From positions 2,324,068-2,388,067 of the forward strand of contig NZ_KV917381.1 of the NCBI RefSeq assembly GCF_002019795.1: DNA of 64,000 nt, read 5' to 3'. A program made the translations under genes and the position numbers. The notes beneath the pieces are model-generated. The model did not search any database, had not been told where the DNA came from, and saw nothing but the letters and a program-made list of their open reading frames with translations. Below are positions 31,283 to 40,137 of this stretch, piece after piece (the first letter of the stretch is position 1; every line of letters begins with the position of its first letter). The DNA comes from Alkalihalobacterium alkalicellulosilyticum. Its GTDB lineage: Bacteria; Bacillota; Bacilli; Bacillales; Bacillaceae_F.

Positions 31283-31432
31283 AAAACAAACTCCTTTAAT
31301 ATAAATTTGACTCAAGTTCCTTCTATATTTAAGTGTAACATAACCTGCTAGAAAATTCGGTTATTTCCACTTTTACTCCAAAGCAAAAGGAGTACAAAGG
31401 CATTTTTCACCTTACTGTACTCCTATCTTTTA

Positions 31433-32569
31433 TTATGGGACTAACTTATGACCGCAATTTCCACAAAAATTAGTGCCTCCTGTTTTTGTTCCACAATTAG
31501 GACAAAAGTTTGGCTTTTGTTCATTTGAAGGTGGTGGTGGTGTAGGTTGTTGAACCTGCTCTTGCTGTGGTGGTGCCACATATTGTGGCGGCTGTTGGTG
31601 TTGTCCTTGATTTGGATGTTGCTGTCCTTGATTCGGTTGGTAATATCCTTGTTGTGGATTATTATATTGATTCATCTGCTGTTGTTGTTGTTGTGGATTT
31701 AGGTTCATATTTTGAACCATATGACTACCTACATTGACTCCCATAACTAAGTTAGCCATTTCACTTGCTGTGCCCCCAGCGTGATTGCCTTTTCCAGTCT
31801 TCATAGACTCGGCCAATGCGTCTGTTAATACAACATCTTTATACTTATTAAGGTTACCAATCATTCCTTGAGAAGCAACTTCCGTTATCATATCTTGTAT
31901 TTCTTTTGGATACGTAAAGCTGTTAATCGTAAAATCAGTGATATTTAACCCATTTTTCATGATTTCCATATCAAGGTCTTCTTTTATACCCCTTGAAATT
32001 TCAAGTGAATTCGCTTGTAAGTTAAACATGTCTTTTCCTTCTCTTGTAATCCACTTCATCAGTAACCCATCTAGAATCGATGTGATTCGTAATTTCACAT
32101 CATTCACAACATAGCTTTTTTTGATACCTGCAACGTTATCAATAAGAGCGATATAATCCTTCACTTTGAAACTAAACGTTCCATTTGCTCGAATAGGTAT
32201 CCCACCAGGAAGTGCTGGAGACGGAATATTAATCGCATTTCGGGTTCCCCACTTCACGATAAACGTTTTAGTGTTTACAAATAATACTTCAACACGCATT
32301 CCTGAATTAAAACCAAATCTAAATCCTTTTAATGTAGATAAAAAAGGAATGATTTCGGACTCAATGTTATAGTCGCCGGCCTCAGTGAAAATTCCTTCTA
32401 TCTTTCCACTGTTAATAAAAATCGCATCTTGTCCTGATTGAAGGATAAGCTTACTTCCTTTTTTTACTTCGCGATTATCCCACTTCCAAAAAATCATATC
32501 ATCACGAAATTCTTCCCACTCCACCACATTTGCTAATTGTCCTCTAAAAAATGACATATTAATATCCAT
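31433..32569 (-). CDS. SPFH-like domain protein with Q/P-rich linker and C-terminal zinc ribbon (YdjI-like)
   Basis: C-terminal CPNCG...CGNCG; low-complexity QQQQ/PQQ tract. Confidence 0.65.
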   Translation of the reverse strand: MDINMSFFRGQLANVVEWEEFRDDMIFWKWDNREVKKGSKLILQSGQDAIFINSGKIEGIFTEAGDYNIESEIIPFLSTLKGFRFGFNSGMRVEVLFVNTKTFIVKWGTRNAINIPSPALPGGIPIRANGTFSFKVKDYIALIDNVAGIKKSYVVNDVKLRITSILDGLLMKWITREGKDMFNLQANSLEISRGIKEDLDMEIMKNGLNITDFTINSFTYPKEIQDMITEVASQGMIGNLNKYKDVVLTDALAESMKTGKGNHAGGTASEMANLVMGVNVGSHMVQNMNLNPQQQQQQMNQYNNPQQGYYQPNQGQQHPNQGQHQQPPQYVAPPQQEQVQQPTPPPPSNEQKPNFCPNCGTKTGGTNFCGNCGHKLVP

Positions 32570-32605
32570 TCCTTTCTCCGGTCATTATACTCAGATTTCC
32601 ATCAC

Positions 32606-33421
32606 TTAAAATCTACCTCGACCACCACTATACGAACGGCCCCCGCTTGTCATGCCACCTCGGCCACCGCCTGATGTAGGTCCGTTATTATTATTACTAG
32701 GCTTTCTTCGTTTCGTAACTGATTTACGAACAAAAGTATCTCTTTGTTGAAGTACCCTTGAGTTGGTAACATCCATATACGTTTTTCCGTTAATCGTTAC
32801 TTTTCCACCCGTGTTAAATAACATAATCCCAACCACGATTCCTCCAACAAGAACTGACACAATGACTTGGAACCAGAGTTCAAACAAGATATTATCAGAC
32901 TGATTTCCCGTTGGGGTTCCACTGTATACATTATCATTATGTACAGGGGGTTCCATTTCAAAATAATTTTCATACTGTTTAATAAATGATTCAAATGCGA
33001 TCGAGTAGTCCTCAACTGCAACGTGAACTAACACACTATCAATTAATTCATCGATACGATAGCCATCTAAATAGCTTTCTGCCTTTCCAAAACCAATAAC
33101 ATAAATCTCGCGATAGCCCATATCAATCGTTAACATCGCAACGCTTTGTTCCTCACCATACCCTATGTTAGAAGACTCAACAAATTCACTGCTATAGTAT
33201 TCGATATCTTGCCCTTTAGTATCATTCGTCGTAAGAAAGACAAAGTCAGTCTCATGTTTCATTGAATAATCCTGCGCTAATTTTTCAAGTGCCTCTTCTT
33301 CCGTATCACTTAAAAGGTTGGCATAATCATATATCCTCTGGGACGTTTCAGCTTGAGCACTACTATAAAACGCAAAAAACAGTATCAAAATAAATGCTAT
33401 CAAACTAGTAGCTTTTCTCAC
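32606..33421 (-). CDS. TPM-domain protein with signal peptide and Gly-rich tail (YdjH-like)
   Basis: TPM/phosphatase-like domain after signal peptide AQA; likely GTG start near 33421. Confidence 0.6.
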   Translation of the reverse strand: MRKATSLIAFILILFFAFYSSAQAETSQRIYDYANLLSDTEEEALEKLAQDYSMKHETDFVFLTTNDTKGQDIEYYSSEFVESSNIGYGEEQSVAMLTIDMGYREIYVIGFGKAESYLDGYRIDELIDSVLVHVAVEDYSIAFESFIKQYENYFEMEPPVHNDNVYSGTPTGNQSDNILFELWFQVIVSVLVGGIVVGIMLFNTGGKVTINGKTYMDVTNSRVLQQRDTFVRKSVTKRRKPSNNNNGPTSGGGRGGMTSGGRSYSGGRGRF

Positions 33422-34455
33422 CAGAATCCGCCTCCCATGAAGTAAGAGACAAGTTTTAAAGCTATGAATGTAGACCCAGCAACTCCTGAAAACCAAGCAG
33501 CTACTTTCGCTTTGCTGATTGGAGGTTTTCCAACCACTTTTCCAGTTTGACCATTCATCGCAAATGTGTGCTCTTGCTTATTAAAGTCGTAATAAACCAT
33601 CCATACAGGAAGGAGAACATAATAACTTCTTTTTTTATTTGTATTGATTTGTTTATTTCGGTATGAGACCGTTGCATATCCCGAAATGGTAGAACCTATA
33701 TACGAATCGATAAACCTCTGAATTTTAGATTTCACTCTTGAAAATAATTCTGTATCCGTAAAGTTATACTTTTCTGCCAGGTATCCAGCTAAGTAAGGAG
33801 TCCTAAAATCCTTTAAATCATTGTATTGATAAGGCTCTAACTTATCCATTAAGTCATCATTTAATTTTTCAGAGGCATCGACAGGAACTTTGAGGTAATT
33901 AAGGTCAATGTCACGATAAATATCATAATATTTTGTTTCTGTATAAATATAATCTCCTCTTGTATAAGTACGAACCTTCGTCCCAACAGCGGTTACTTTT
34001 GCTCTACTATGTAAATCATACATCCAAAAAGGAACATATATACCTGTCATTTCCTTAATGCGGTTACCACTCATGAAACCTTTAGGAGTCAATAATCCAT
34101 TTTTACACCATTTTCTAAAAGCTAATTCTGCTTCTTCTTTATTAATTGAAAACGGAATGACCTTATCAGGAGCTAAGTTTCCAGAAACTCTATCTGCTAA
34201 AACTACGCCGGCCCCACAAAAACTACAAGAAGTCGCAGATGTATGGACTTCTGTAATAACAGATGCACCACAATTATCACAATGGTATTCCTTAGCCTCG
34301 TTATCTTCAAATGTACTCGTAATGAAGTCTTCATTTAAGTCTTGAATATTATCTTGATGTCCACAGCTATGACAGGTTAGTTTGCCAGATTGACTGTCAA
34401 AAGCCATATCATCTCCACAACTAGGACATTTATAATGAATAATCACAATGTTCAC
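33418..34455 (-). CDS. zinc-ribbon protein (YdjG-like)
   Basis: N-terminal CPSCG...CHSCGH and CDNCG...CSFCGAG zinc ribbons; GTG start. Confidence 0.6.
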   Translation of the reverse strand: MNIVIIHYKCPSCGDDMAFDSQSGKLTCHSCGHQDNIQDLNEDFITSTFEDNEAKEYHCDNCGASVITEVHTSATSCSFCGAGVVLADRVSGNLAPDKVIPFSINKEEAELAFRKWCKNGLLTPKGFMSGNRIKEMTGIYVPFWMYDLHSRAKVTAVGTKVRTYTRGDYIYTETKYYDIYRDIDLNYLKVPVDASEKLNDDLMDKLEPYQYNDLKDFRTPYLAGYLAEKYNFTDTELFSRVKSKIQRFIDSYIGSTISGYATVSYRNKQINTNKKRSYYVLLPVWMVYYDFNKQEHTFAMNGQTGKVVGKPPISKAKVAAWFSGVAGSTFIALKLVSYFMGGGFW

Positions 34456-34485
34456 CTCTTTTTCTTACATCAGAAATTGATTAGA

Positions 34486-35136
34486 TTATTTTTGATTTAG
34501 TTGTTTCTTTAGTTTTTGTAATTCTTCTTCAGCAGAAGGTGTTGAATTGCTTGAATGAAGGGTCGGTTCTCCCTCCTTAAAATCAAAAGGGTCCTTTTGT
34601 AATTCAGCTAGAGCTTCTGCTTCATACATACTCCTGTCCACCTCGTTTTCTATGTCTTTTAACTTGCTATCTATTTCATTTATGCTAGCAGAAGAATTTG
34701 CTAGGTTTGCTTTTTCTTTTAGCGCAGTGCGTCGAATTTCCAACTCCTGTAAATCACTCATTCTCTTTTCTTCCATTTGCCTTACTTTTTCAGCTGCTTC
34801 TTTTGTCATATCATATTTTTGTTGGAGCGACTTTTCTTGGGCAAGCAATTGAACTTTTTTTTCTAAAAAGAAACGAGCTTGCTCTTCATTTTCATTAGCT
34901 AGTGCCTTCTCTGCATAACGATGCATCTTAGTGATGTCTGATTGACACTCTAGCAGTGCTCTGTTCGCTCGTTGTTCTTCCATGACTACGGTAGCCAGTT
35001 CAGACTTAATCGTCGCTAATTCCCGAGTAAAATCACGATAATATTGGTCAATCGCTTTTACAGGATTTTTATGCTTCTCAAGTAGTGCATTAAGATTACT
35101 ACTCATTACCGTTTTAAATCGTTGTAGAATACTCAT
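34486..35136 (-). CDS. pspA: PspA/IM30 family phage-shock protein A
   Basis: MSILQRFKTVMSSNLNALLEK N-terminus, coiled-coil PspA architecture. Confidence 0.9.
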   Translation of the reverse strand: MSILQRFKTVMSSNLNALLEKHKNPVKAIDQYYRDFTRELATIKSELATVVMEEQRANRALLECQSDITKMHRYAEKALANENEEQARFFLEKKVQLLAQEKSLQQKYDMTKEAAEKVRQMEEKRMSDLQELEIRRTALKEKANLANSSASINEIDSKLKDIENEVDRSMYEAEALAELQKDPFDFKEGEPTLHSSNSTPSAEEELQKLKKQLNQK

Positions 35137-35177
35137 TTTACACTTCCTTTTCTTTAACCATTTCGGATATGTATGTA

Positions 35178-35204
35178 TACGTTTATCTCAAACCATTGGT
35201 TTCA
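35178..35204 (-). promoter_or_regulatory. sigma-W-type promoter (TGAAAC N17 CGTA) upstream of pspA
   Basis: minus-strand TGAAACcaatggtttgagataaaCGTA about 40 nt upstream of pspA ATG. Confidence 0.6.
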
Positions 35205-35289
35205 GCAATTCGTCATGAAACTCTGTTATTTCATTATAACAAACAACTGGGTATATTTAGTAGATTTTTTTGCGTTGTCTTATTTCAGG

Positions 35290-36065
35290 ACTGTTACACT
35301 GTTGGAACACGCAGAAATCAAAACCACCCGTGAGAACGGGTGGTTTGCTCTACGGCTGGAAGCCTTTGTTACTGACCAAACCCTAAAGGGCTACTGAACG
35401 GTTCGCCATGTGTACTACTTCTACTGGCCAGACCTCAAAGGCCTCTCCCCGTCCTTATACTTTTTTTCTCTTCTTTTTCACTTCTTCCCCCGTAAATGGG
35501 TCTACATATTCTAATAAACTCAACTGTTCTGCGACTATATCATCTTGTATTTGGTTTCGTATATATTCTTCTATTACCTTCTTATTTCTTCCAACTGTAT
35601 CCACATAAAACCCAGTACACCAAAATTTTCGATTTCCATATCGATATTTTAAATTTGCATGCCGATCAAATATCATTAAGCTACTCTTCCCCTTTAAATA
35701 CCCGACAAACGCCGACACACTTATCTTTGGCGGTATACTTACTAACATATGTATGTGGTCTTTACATGCTGTTGCCTCTATTATTTCTACTCCTTTCCTT
35801 TCGCACAATTTCCTCAATATTTCTCCTATATCTCTCTTTAATTTACCGTATATCGCTTGTCTTCTATACTTCGGTGCGAACACGATGTGATACTTACAAT
35901 TCCATTTCGTATGTGCTAAACTGTTACTGTCTTTAGACATAAAAAACTCCTCCGTAAGCTATTATATTGGTTGGCGAACCAAATATATTTTAGCACCGCG
36001 GATGAGTTTTTTTAATACCTCGCTATAAGCTTTCCGGAACCCTAGGCCTAGCCTAGGGTTTTCTT
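35290..36065 (-). mobile_element. IS200/IS605-family insertion sequence (tnpA only)
   Basis: Y1 transposase ORF flanked by GC-rich subterminal hairpins (aaccacccgtgagaacgggtggtt; ccctaggcctagcctaggg); boundaries approximate. Confidence 0.7.
35455..35940 (-). CDS. tnpA: IS200/IS605 family transposase TnpA (Y1 HUH)
   Basis: HIHMLV HuH motif; overall similarity pattern to IS200 TnpA. Confidence 0.85.
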   Translation of the reverse strand: MSKDSNSLAHTKWNCKYHIVFAPKYRRQAIYGKLKRDIGEILRKLCERKGVEIIEATACKDHIHMLVSIPPKISVSAFVGYLKGKSSLMIFDRHANLKYRYGNRKFWCTGFYVDTVGRNKKVIEEYIRNQIQDDIVAEQLSLLEYVDPFTGEEVKKKRKKV

Positions 36066-36074
36066 TTTACAATA

Positions 36075-36116
36075 AAGGGTGTGACAAAAGGTTCAGTACA
36101 ACCTTTTATCACACCC
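36075..36116 (-). terminator. intrinsic terminator after GGDEF-EAL gene
   Basis: gggtgtgacaaaaggtt cagtac aaccttttatcacaccc hairpin then T-run on minus strand. Confidence 0.7.
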
Positions 36117-36117
36117 C

Positions 36118-38652
36118 TTAAGATACTAATTGATTTAAATTGTCCTGAAATTGTTTTGCAGGGATGGGCTTACTAAAATAAAATCCTTGCATTTCTGTGC
36201 ATCGATGCTCAATTAAAAAGTCTTTTTGATAAGAGGTTTCTACCCCTTCTGCAATAATATCAAGCTGCAGTGTTTTCGCTAAATTAATGATGGCCTCAGC
36301 AATTTCAGTATTTTGATGATTTTGGTCAATATCTTGAATAAAGGACTTATCAATTTTTAATGTATTAATTGGAAATGACTTCAAATAACTGAGTGATGAA
36401 TATCCTGTCCCAAAGTCATCTACTGAAATTTGAATACCATATTCTTTAAGTTCAGCCAAAGCCTTTATTGTTGTGTTTGTATTGTAAAGGAGAATTGATT
36501 CCGTAATTTCAATATGGAACCATTCTGGCTTTACGTCATATTCAGTTAAAATTTCTTTTACCCGTTGAACCATCTTCGCAGGTTCAGAAAATTGATTGGA
36601 TGAAAAGTTCACAGCTACAGTCATTGGTTCTTTGACCAGTTTATTCCATTGAACGACTTGCTTACATGCTTTTCTCATCACGATTTCCCAAATTGGGTCA
36701 ATCAGACCGACTTCTTCAGCAACAGGAATAAAATTGACGGGCGAAACAAAGCCTAGGACTTCGTCATTCCAACGAACTAATGCCTCGGCACCAATGATTC
36801 GATTTGTATACCCATCCACTTTAGGTTGATAGTAGACATCAATGGAATCATTTACGATTGCTTTTCTCAACCTTGCTTCAATTAGTAGACGCTCGTCTGT
36901 AATGTCTTTTATCTTTTGATGATAGAACGTGTATTTATTCCCACCCTGCGATTTTGATTCATACATCGCTAAATCAGCATAGGAGACTAATAGATTTACA
37001 TCCTTTGTATGATTTGGATACATTGATATCCCAATACTTGCTTTAATGTATATCTCATGGTCATCAAGGAAAACAGGAACTTGTAATTTCTCTAGTAACC
37101 TAGTAACTTTCTCCTCGACTATTTCGGTTGACGCATTATCAATTAGTACAATAAATTCATCTCCGCCTTGCCTAGCGACCAATTCATTCTCATTCGAAAA
37201 ACATTTAAGAATCCTTTTTGCCATTAAAGAAATTAGTTCATCACCTTTTGCATGGCCAAGCGAATCGTTCACATGTTTAAAACGATCCAAATCTATAAAC
37301 AAAAGAGCAAATGGCAAGCCTTTCTCCTCATATACTTGCTCAAGGATGTCTAGGCGTTCTTTGACAAATCGTCGATTAGGAAGGCTAGTTAATGGGTCAT
37401 GGTATGCTTGATAGTGAATAATTCCTTTACTTTCTTCTAAGTCTTCTGTATATTTTTTTAAACTTTTACTCAATTGATTAACATCTTTTGCTAATCCACC
37501 AAGCTCATCTTTCCGGCTTACAGTTACTTGCTTTAAAAAATTCCCCTTAGCAATTTCATTCACGGTCTCTGCTATATCAGATATCGGTTTTGATAAGGAA
37601 CGTGATACCGAAAAAGATATCCCGACAACTAAAAAGATAAACAAAAGAGACATTAAAATATGGTCATTTAACTCTTCTTTCAATTGAGCATCAATATAGT
37701 CATAGTCATATGAAATTCCTACAACATACCTCGAGTTATCCTCAGCCAGTACAGGAACAAACGTTTTTATAACCTCGGTCTCTTGAAGGATTTCTCGGTA
37801 AGAAGTCGACATTCCTGTTTTAATGGCGTTCATAATGTGGTCTCGGTCTTTATCAACGTTATGAATATTATATTTTCCGTACCATATCGGCTGTTCTGAA
37901 AGTCGAACATACGTATTTCCGTTTAAACTAATCGCCTCTTCAACCATCCCGAAATTTTTGGGATTAAATACAGTTAATTCAAGTAAACCTGGGTACGTAT
38001 CAAGCAAACGGTCAATGGCTCGTTCTGGACCAAAGGCTTGTTCAAAATCATGAATTTTTTCATCTCTGAAATAAGGATTGATTAAATAATCAGTTGTCCC
38101 ATCATAATAATACCCCCACTTATCTGTATGTTCAGGGTTTGATGAAGCAATTTCAATAGGGCCTGTCCAATAGTTTGATAAAGTCATTCCCTCTTCAACA
38201 GTAACATCTTCTTTCGCCATTAATTGTTGAAAAGCTTTGTGCCAATATCCCCATTCGTTTGTAGAAAGACCAATTTGATGGTGATCAGTGGACCTTACGC
38301 CAACTATATCATCCTCTGTTTTTGCAAACAGCGTGATATGAGAGACCATCAATTCATCAGCAAGAGCAGATAATGTATCATTATCAATTTCCTCATAAGT
38401 TGATGGTAAAGATTTCGATATCGCAACCGAAGCCGTGCGTAATTCTCGCCCAATAATATCTTCAATAAATAATGAAGCTTCCTTTGAATATTGTATTTGG
38501 TCGGCAATCTTATTGCTAATGATTTCAATTTCTGTTTCGTACTCTTCAATTACTTTAGATTCCCATCGAATATAATGAGTAGCACTAAATGTAATTAAGA
38601 TTATAAGAACAATAGATGTAAACACAATTGGTATCTTATTTTTTATGGACAT
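36118..38652 (-). CDS. membrane sensor diguanylate cyclase/phosphodiesterase (Cache-like, HAMP, GGDEF, EAL)
   Basis: GGDEF (RQGGDEFIVL) and EAL (EALVRW) motifs; 2 TM flanking extracytoplasmic domain. Confidence 0.9.
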   Translation of the reverse strand: MSIKNKIPIVFTSIVLIILITFSATHYIRWESKVIEEYETEIEIISNKIADQIQYSKEASLFIEDIIGRELRTASVAISKSLPSTYEEIDNDTLSALADELMVSHITLFAKTEDDIVGVRSTDHHQIGLSTNEWGYWHKAFQQLMAKEDVTVEEGMTLSNYWTGPIEIASSNPEHTDKWGYYYDGTTDYLINPYFRDEKIHDFEQAFGPERAIDRLLDTYPGLLELTVFNPKNFGMVEEAISLNGNTYVRLSEQPIWYGKYNIHNVDKDRDHIMNAIKTGMSTSYREILQETEVIKTFVPVLAEDNSRYVVGISYDYDYIDAQLKEELNDHILMSLLFIFLVVGISFSVSRSLSKPISDIAETVNEIAKGNFLKQVTVSRKDELGGLAKDVNQLSKSLKKYTEDLEESKGIIHYQAYHDPLTSLPNRRFVKERLDILEQVYEEKGLPFALLFIDLDRFKHVNDSLGHAKGDELISLMAKRILKCFSNENELVARQGGDEFIVLIDNASTEIVEEKVTRLLEKLQVPVFLDDHEIYIKASIGISMYPNHTKDVNLLVSYADLAMYESKSQGGNKYTFYHQKIKDITDERLLIEARLRKAIVNDSIDVYYQPKVDGYTNRIIGAEALVRWNDEVLGFVSPVNFIPVAEEVGLIDPIWEIVMRKACKQVVQWNKLVKEPMTVAVNFSSNQFSEPAKMVQRVKEILTEYDVKPEWFHIEITESILLYNTNTTIKALAELKEYGIQISVDDFGTGYSSLSYLKSFPINTLKIDKSFIQDIDQNHQNTEIAEAIINLAKTLQLDIIAEGVETSYQKDFLIEHRCTEMQGFYFSKPIPAKQFQDNLNQLVS

Positions 38653-38819
38653 GAGGATCCTCCTAGAAGTTAAAACAACGCATCACAAACCTTTATATGC
38701 AATACTTCAGATTATACCACAATAGTCTCGGTCTGATTACAGGATTAAATTACTATAATAATCCCTTAATCTAACTATTTTTCAAATAAAACTACTTTCA
38801 TTTTTCTTGTTATTTACCA

Positions 38820-39902
38820 CTATAGAATCGATTTTCCGGTAATACCTTTTAATTCCTTATTCCTATTTTCTGGTTTTGAAAGCAACCACCATTTTAATAC
38901 AGGTGGTACTAAAAGCAATATTATCAGAAGACGCATAAACTGAAGTGAGCTAACGATAGACGCATCTGCACCAATTGCTTTTGCTGTTAACACCATTTCA
39001 ATCAGCCCTCCTGGCGCAAAACTTAACATAGCCGTATCCAATGATACGTCTGTAAGGATAGAAAAAACGAAGCCAAGACCAAATGCAGTAAGAATTGTCA
39101 CAACAGTTAAGCTAAAAAATACTAAGCTATACCTACCACCTATTTTTAACTCTCTTAACTGAATAATAGAACCAATACTCACACCAATAGCGAGCTGGGC
39201 AAGTAATACCGTCCAATTTGGTAGCAAAGGGAGTTCTACTCCGACAACATTAAGTATAGCGGTAGCAAATAATGGTACAACGACATAAGCAGCAACTATC
39301 TTTTTTCGAAGAAAGAGAGCAAATGCAATTGGGAGTAACAACCAGAAGTAAGTTGCTATAGGGATTCTTTCTTCTGTTACAGGAATGCTTACGTCTATGT
39401 CTATTATCTCAGAAGGTGTAAATAAATGAAACACTACAAAAGGTACAGCTAAAACGACTGTTAACAAACGAATCGTCTGAAAGATGGTGACTAAGCCCAC
39501 ATTCCCTTTTAAGGAATCACTAATAGCAACCATTTCTGTTAACCCACCAGGTATCCCTGATAAAATACTTGTCGTCTTTGGGATTGAAAACCATTTACTA
39601 ATTAAAAGGGTATGGCAAACACATAAAAAAAGTAATAGGATTGTTAAAAAAGCAAAAGGTACGATATAAGGGCCGATGACGATGAACGTTTCCCTAGTGA
39701 ATGATAGGCCAAAATAAATACCTAACGTAATAAAACTTCCATTCTTAAAATAGCTTGGCTGGTGGGTTTCACGATTTAACGTAAGCTTCCACAAAACAAT
39801 CATGACGATTGGACCAAGAAGCCAAGGCAATGGCAGATTTAAAATAGTAAATATGAATATACCAATAATTCCAATGAGATACGTTTCAAACATAACTTTC
39901 AT
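38820..39902 (-). CDS. AbrB-family (PF05145-type, internally duplicated) membrane protein
   Basis: two GIPGGLTEM/APGGLIEM repeats, about 10 TM helices. Confidence 0.55.
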   Translation of the reverse strand: MKVMFETYLIGIIGIFIFTILNLPLPWLLGPIVMIVLWKLTLNRETHQPSYFKNGSFITLGIYFGLSFTRETFIVIGPYIVPFAFLTILLLFLCVCHTLLISKWFSIPKTTSILSGIPGGLTEMVAISDSLKGNVGLVTIFQTIRLLTVVLAVPFVVFHLFTPSEIIDIDVSIPVTEERIPIATYFWLLLPIAFALFLRKKIVAAYVVVPLFATAILNVVGVELPLLPNWTVLLAQLAIGVSIGSIIQLRELKIGGRYSLVFFSLTVVTILTAFGLGFVFSILTDVSLDTAMLSFAPGGLIEMVLTAKAIGADASIVSSLQFMRLLIILLLVPPVLKWWLLSKPENRNKELKGITGKSIL

Positions 39903-40007
39903 TACTGTCTCATTCCTTCTATAGCTGTGATTATCGCAATTTCTTATAAGATGGTATCCATTATATCACAGACTATTTATGGGAAATGGCCAGCTATCTT
40001 GAAGGAA

Positions 40008-40042
40008 CTGAAAAATTTGATTTTTTAATTTTCAGTGGCTTC
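40008..40042 (+). repeat. dispersed hairpin repeat copy C
   Basis: ctgaaaaatt tgatttttta attttcag tggcttc. Confidence 0.6.
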
Positions 40043-40137
40043 CTATCCTTCTATTCTAATTCTCTTTGCCCTAAGTATAAAAAATAGAGTAATGACACAT
40101 GAATAACTTCATGGAACATCACCCTATTTAAAACTGT

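Noticed and set aside
35173-35397. 74-aa ORF in the pspA upstream region
   Set aside because: It overlaps the sigma-W promoter and the IS200 terminal hairpins and has no RBS. It is probably non-coding.
37046-37411. 121-aa plus-strand ORF inside the GGDEF-EAL gene
   Set aside because: It is antisense to conserved GGDEF-domain coding sequence and has no RBS.
40008-40042. CodY box (AATTTTCWGAAAATT) within repeat copy C
   Set aside because: Only the AATTTTCAG half matches. The palindrome partner is separated by a loop rather than being contiguous, and the other copies diverge from the CodY half-site.
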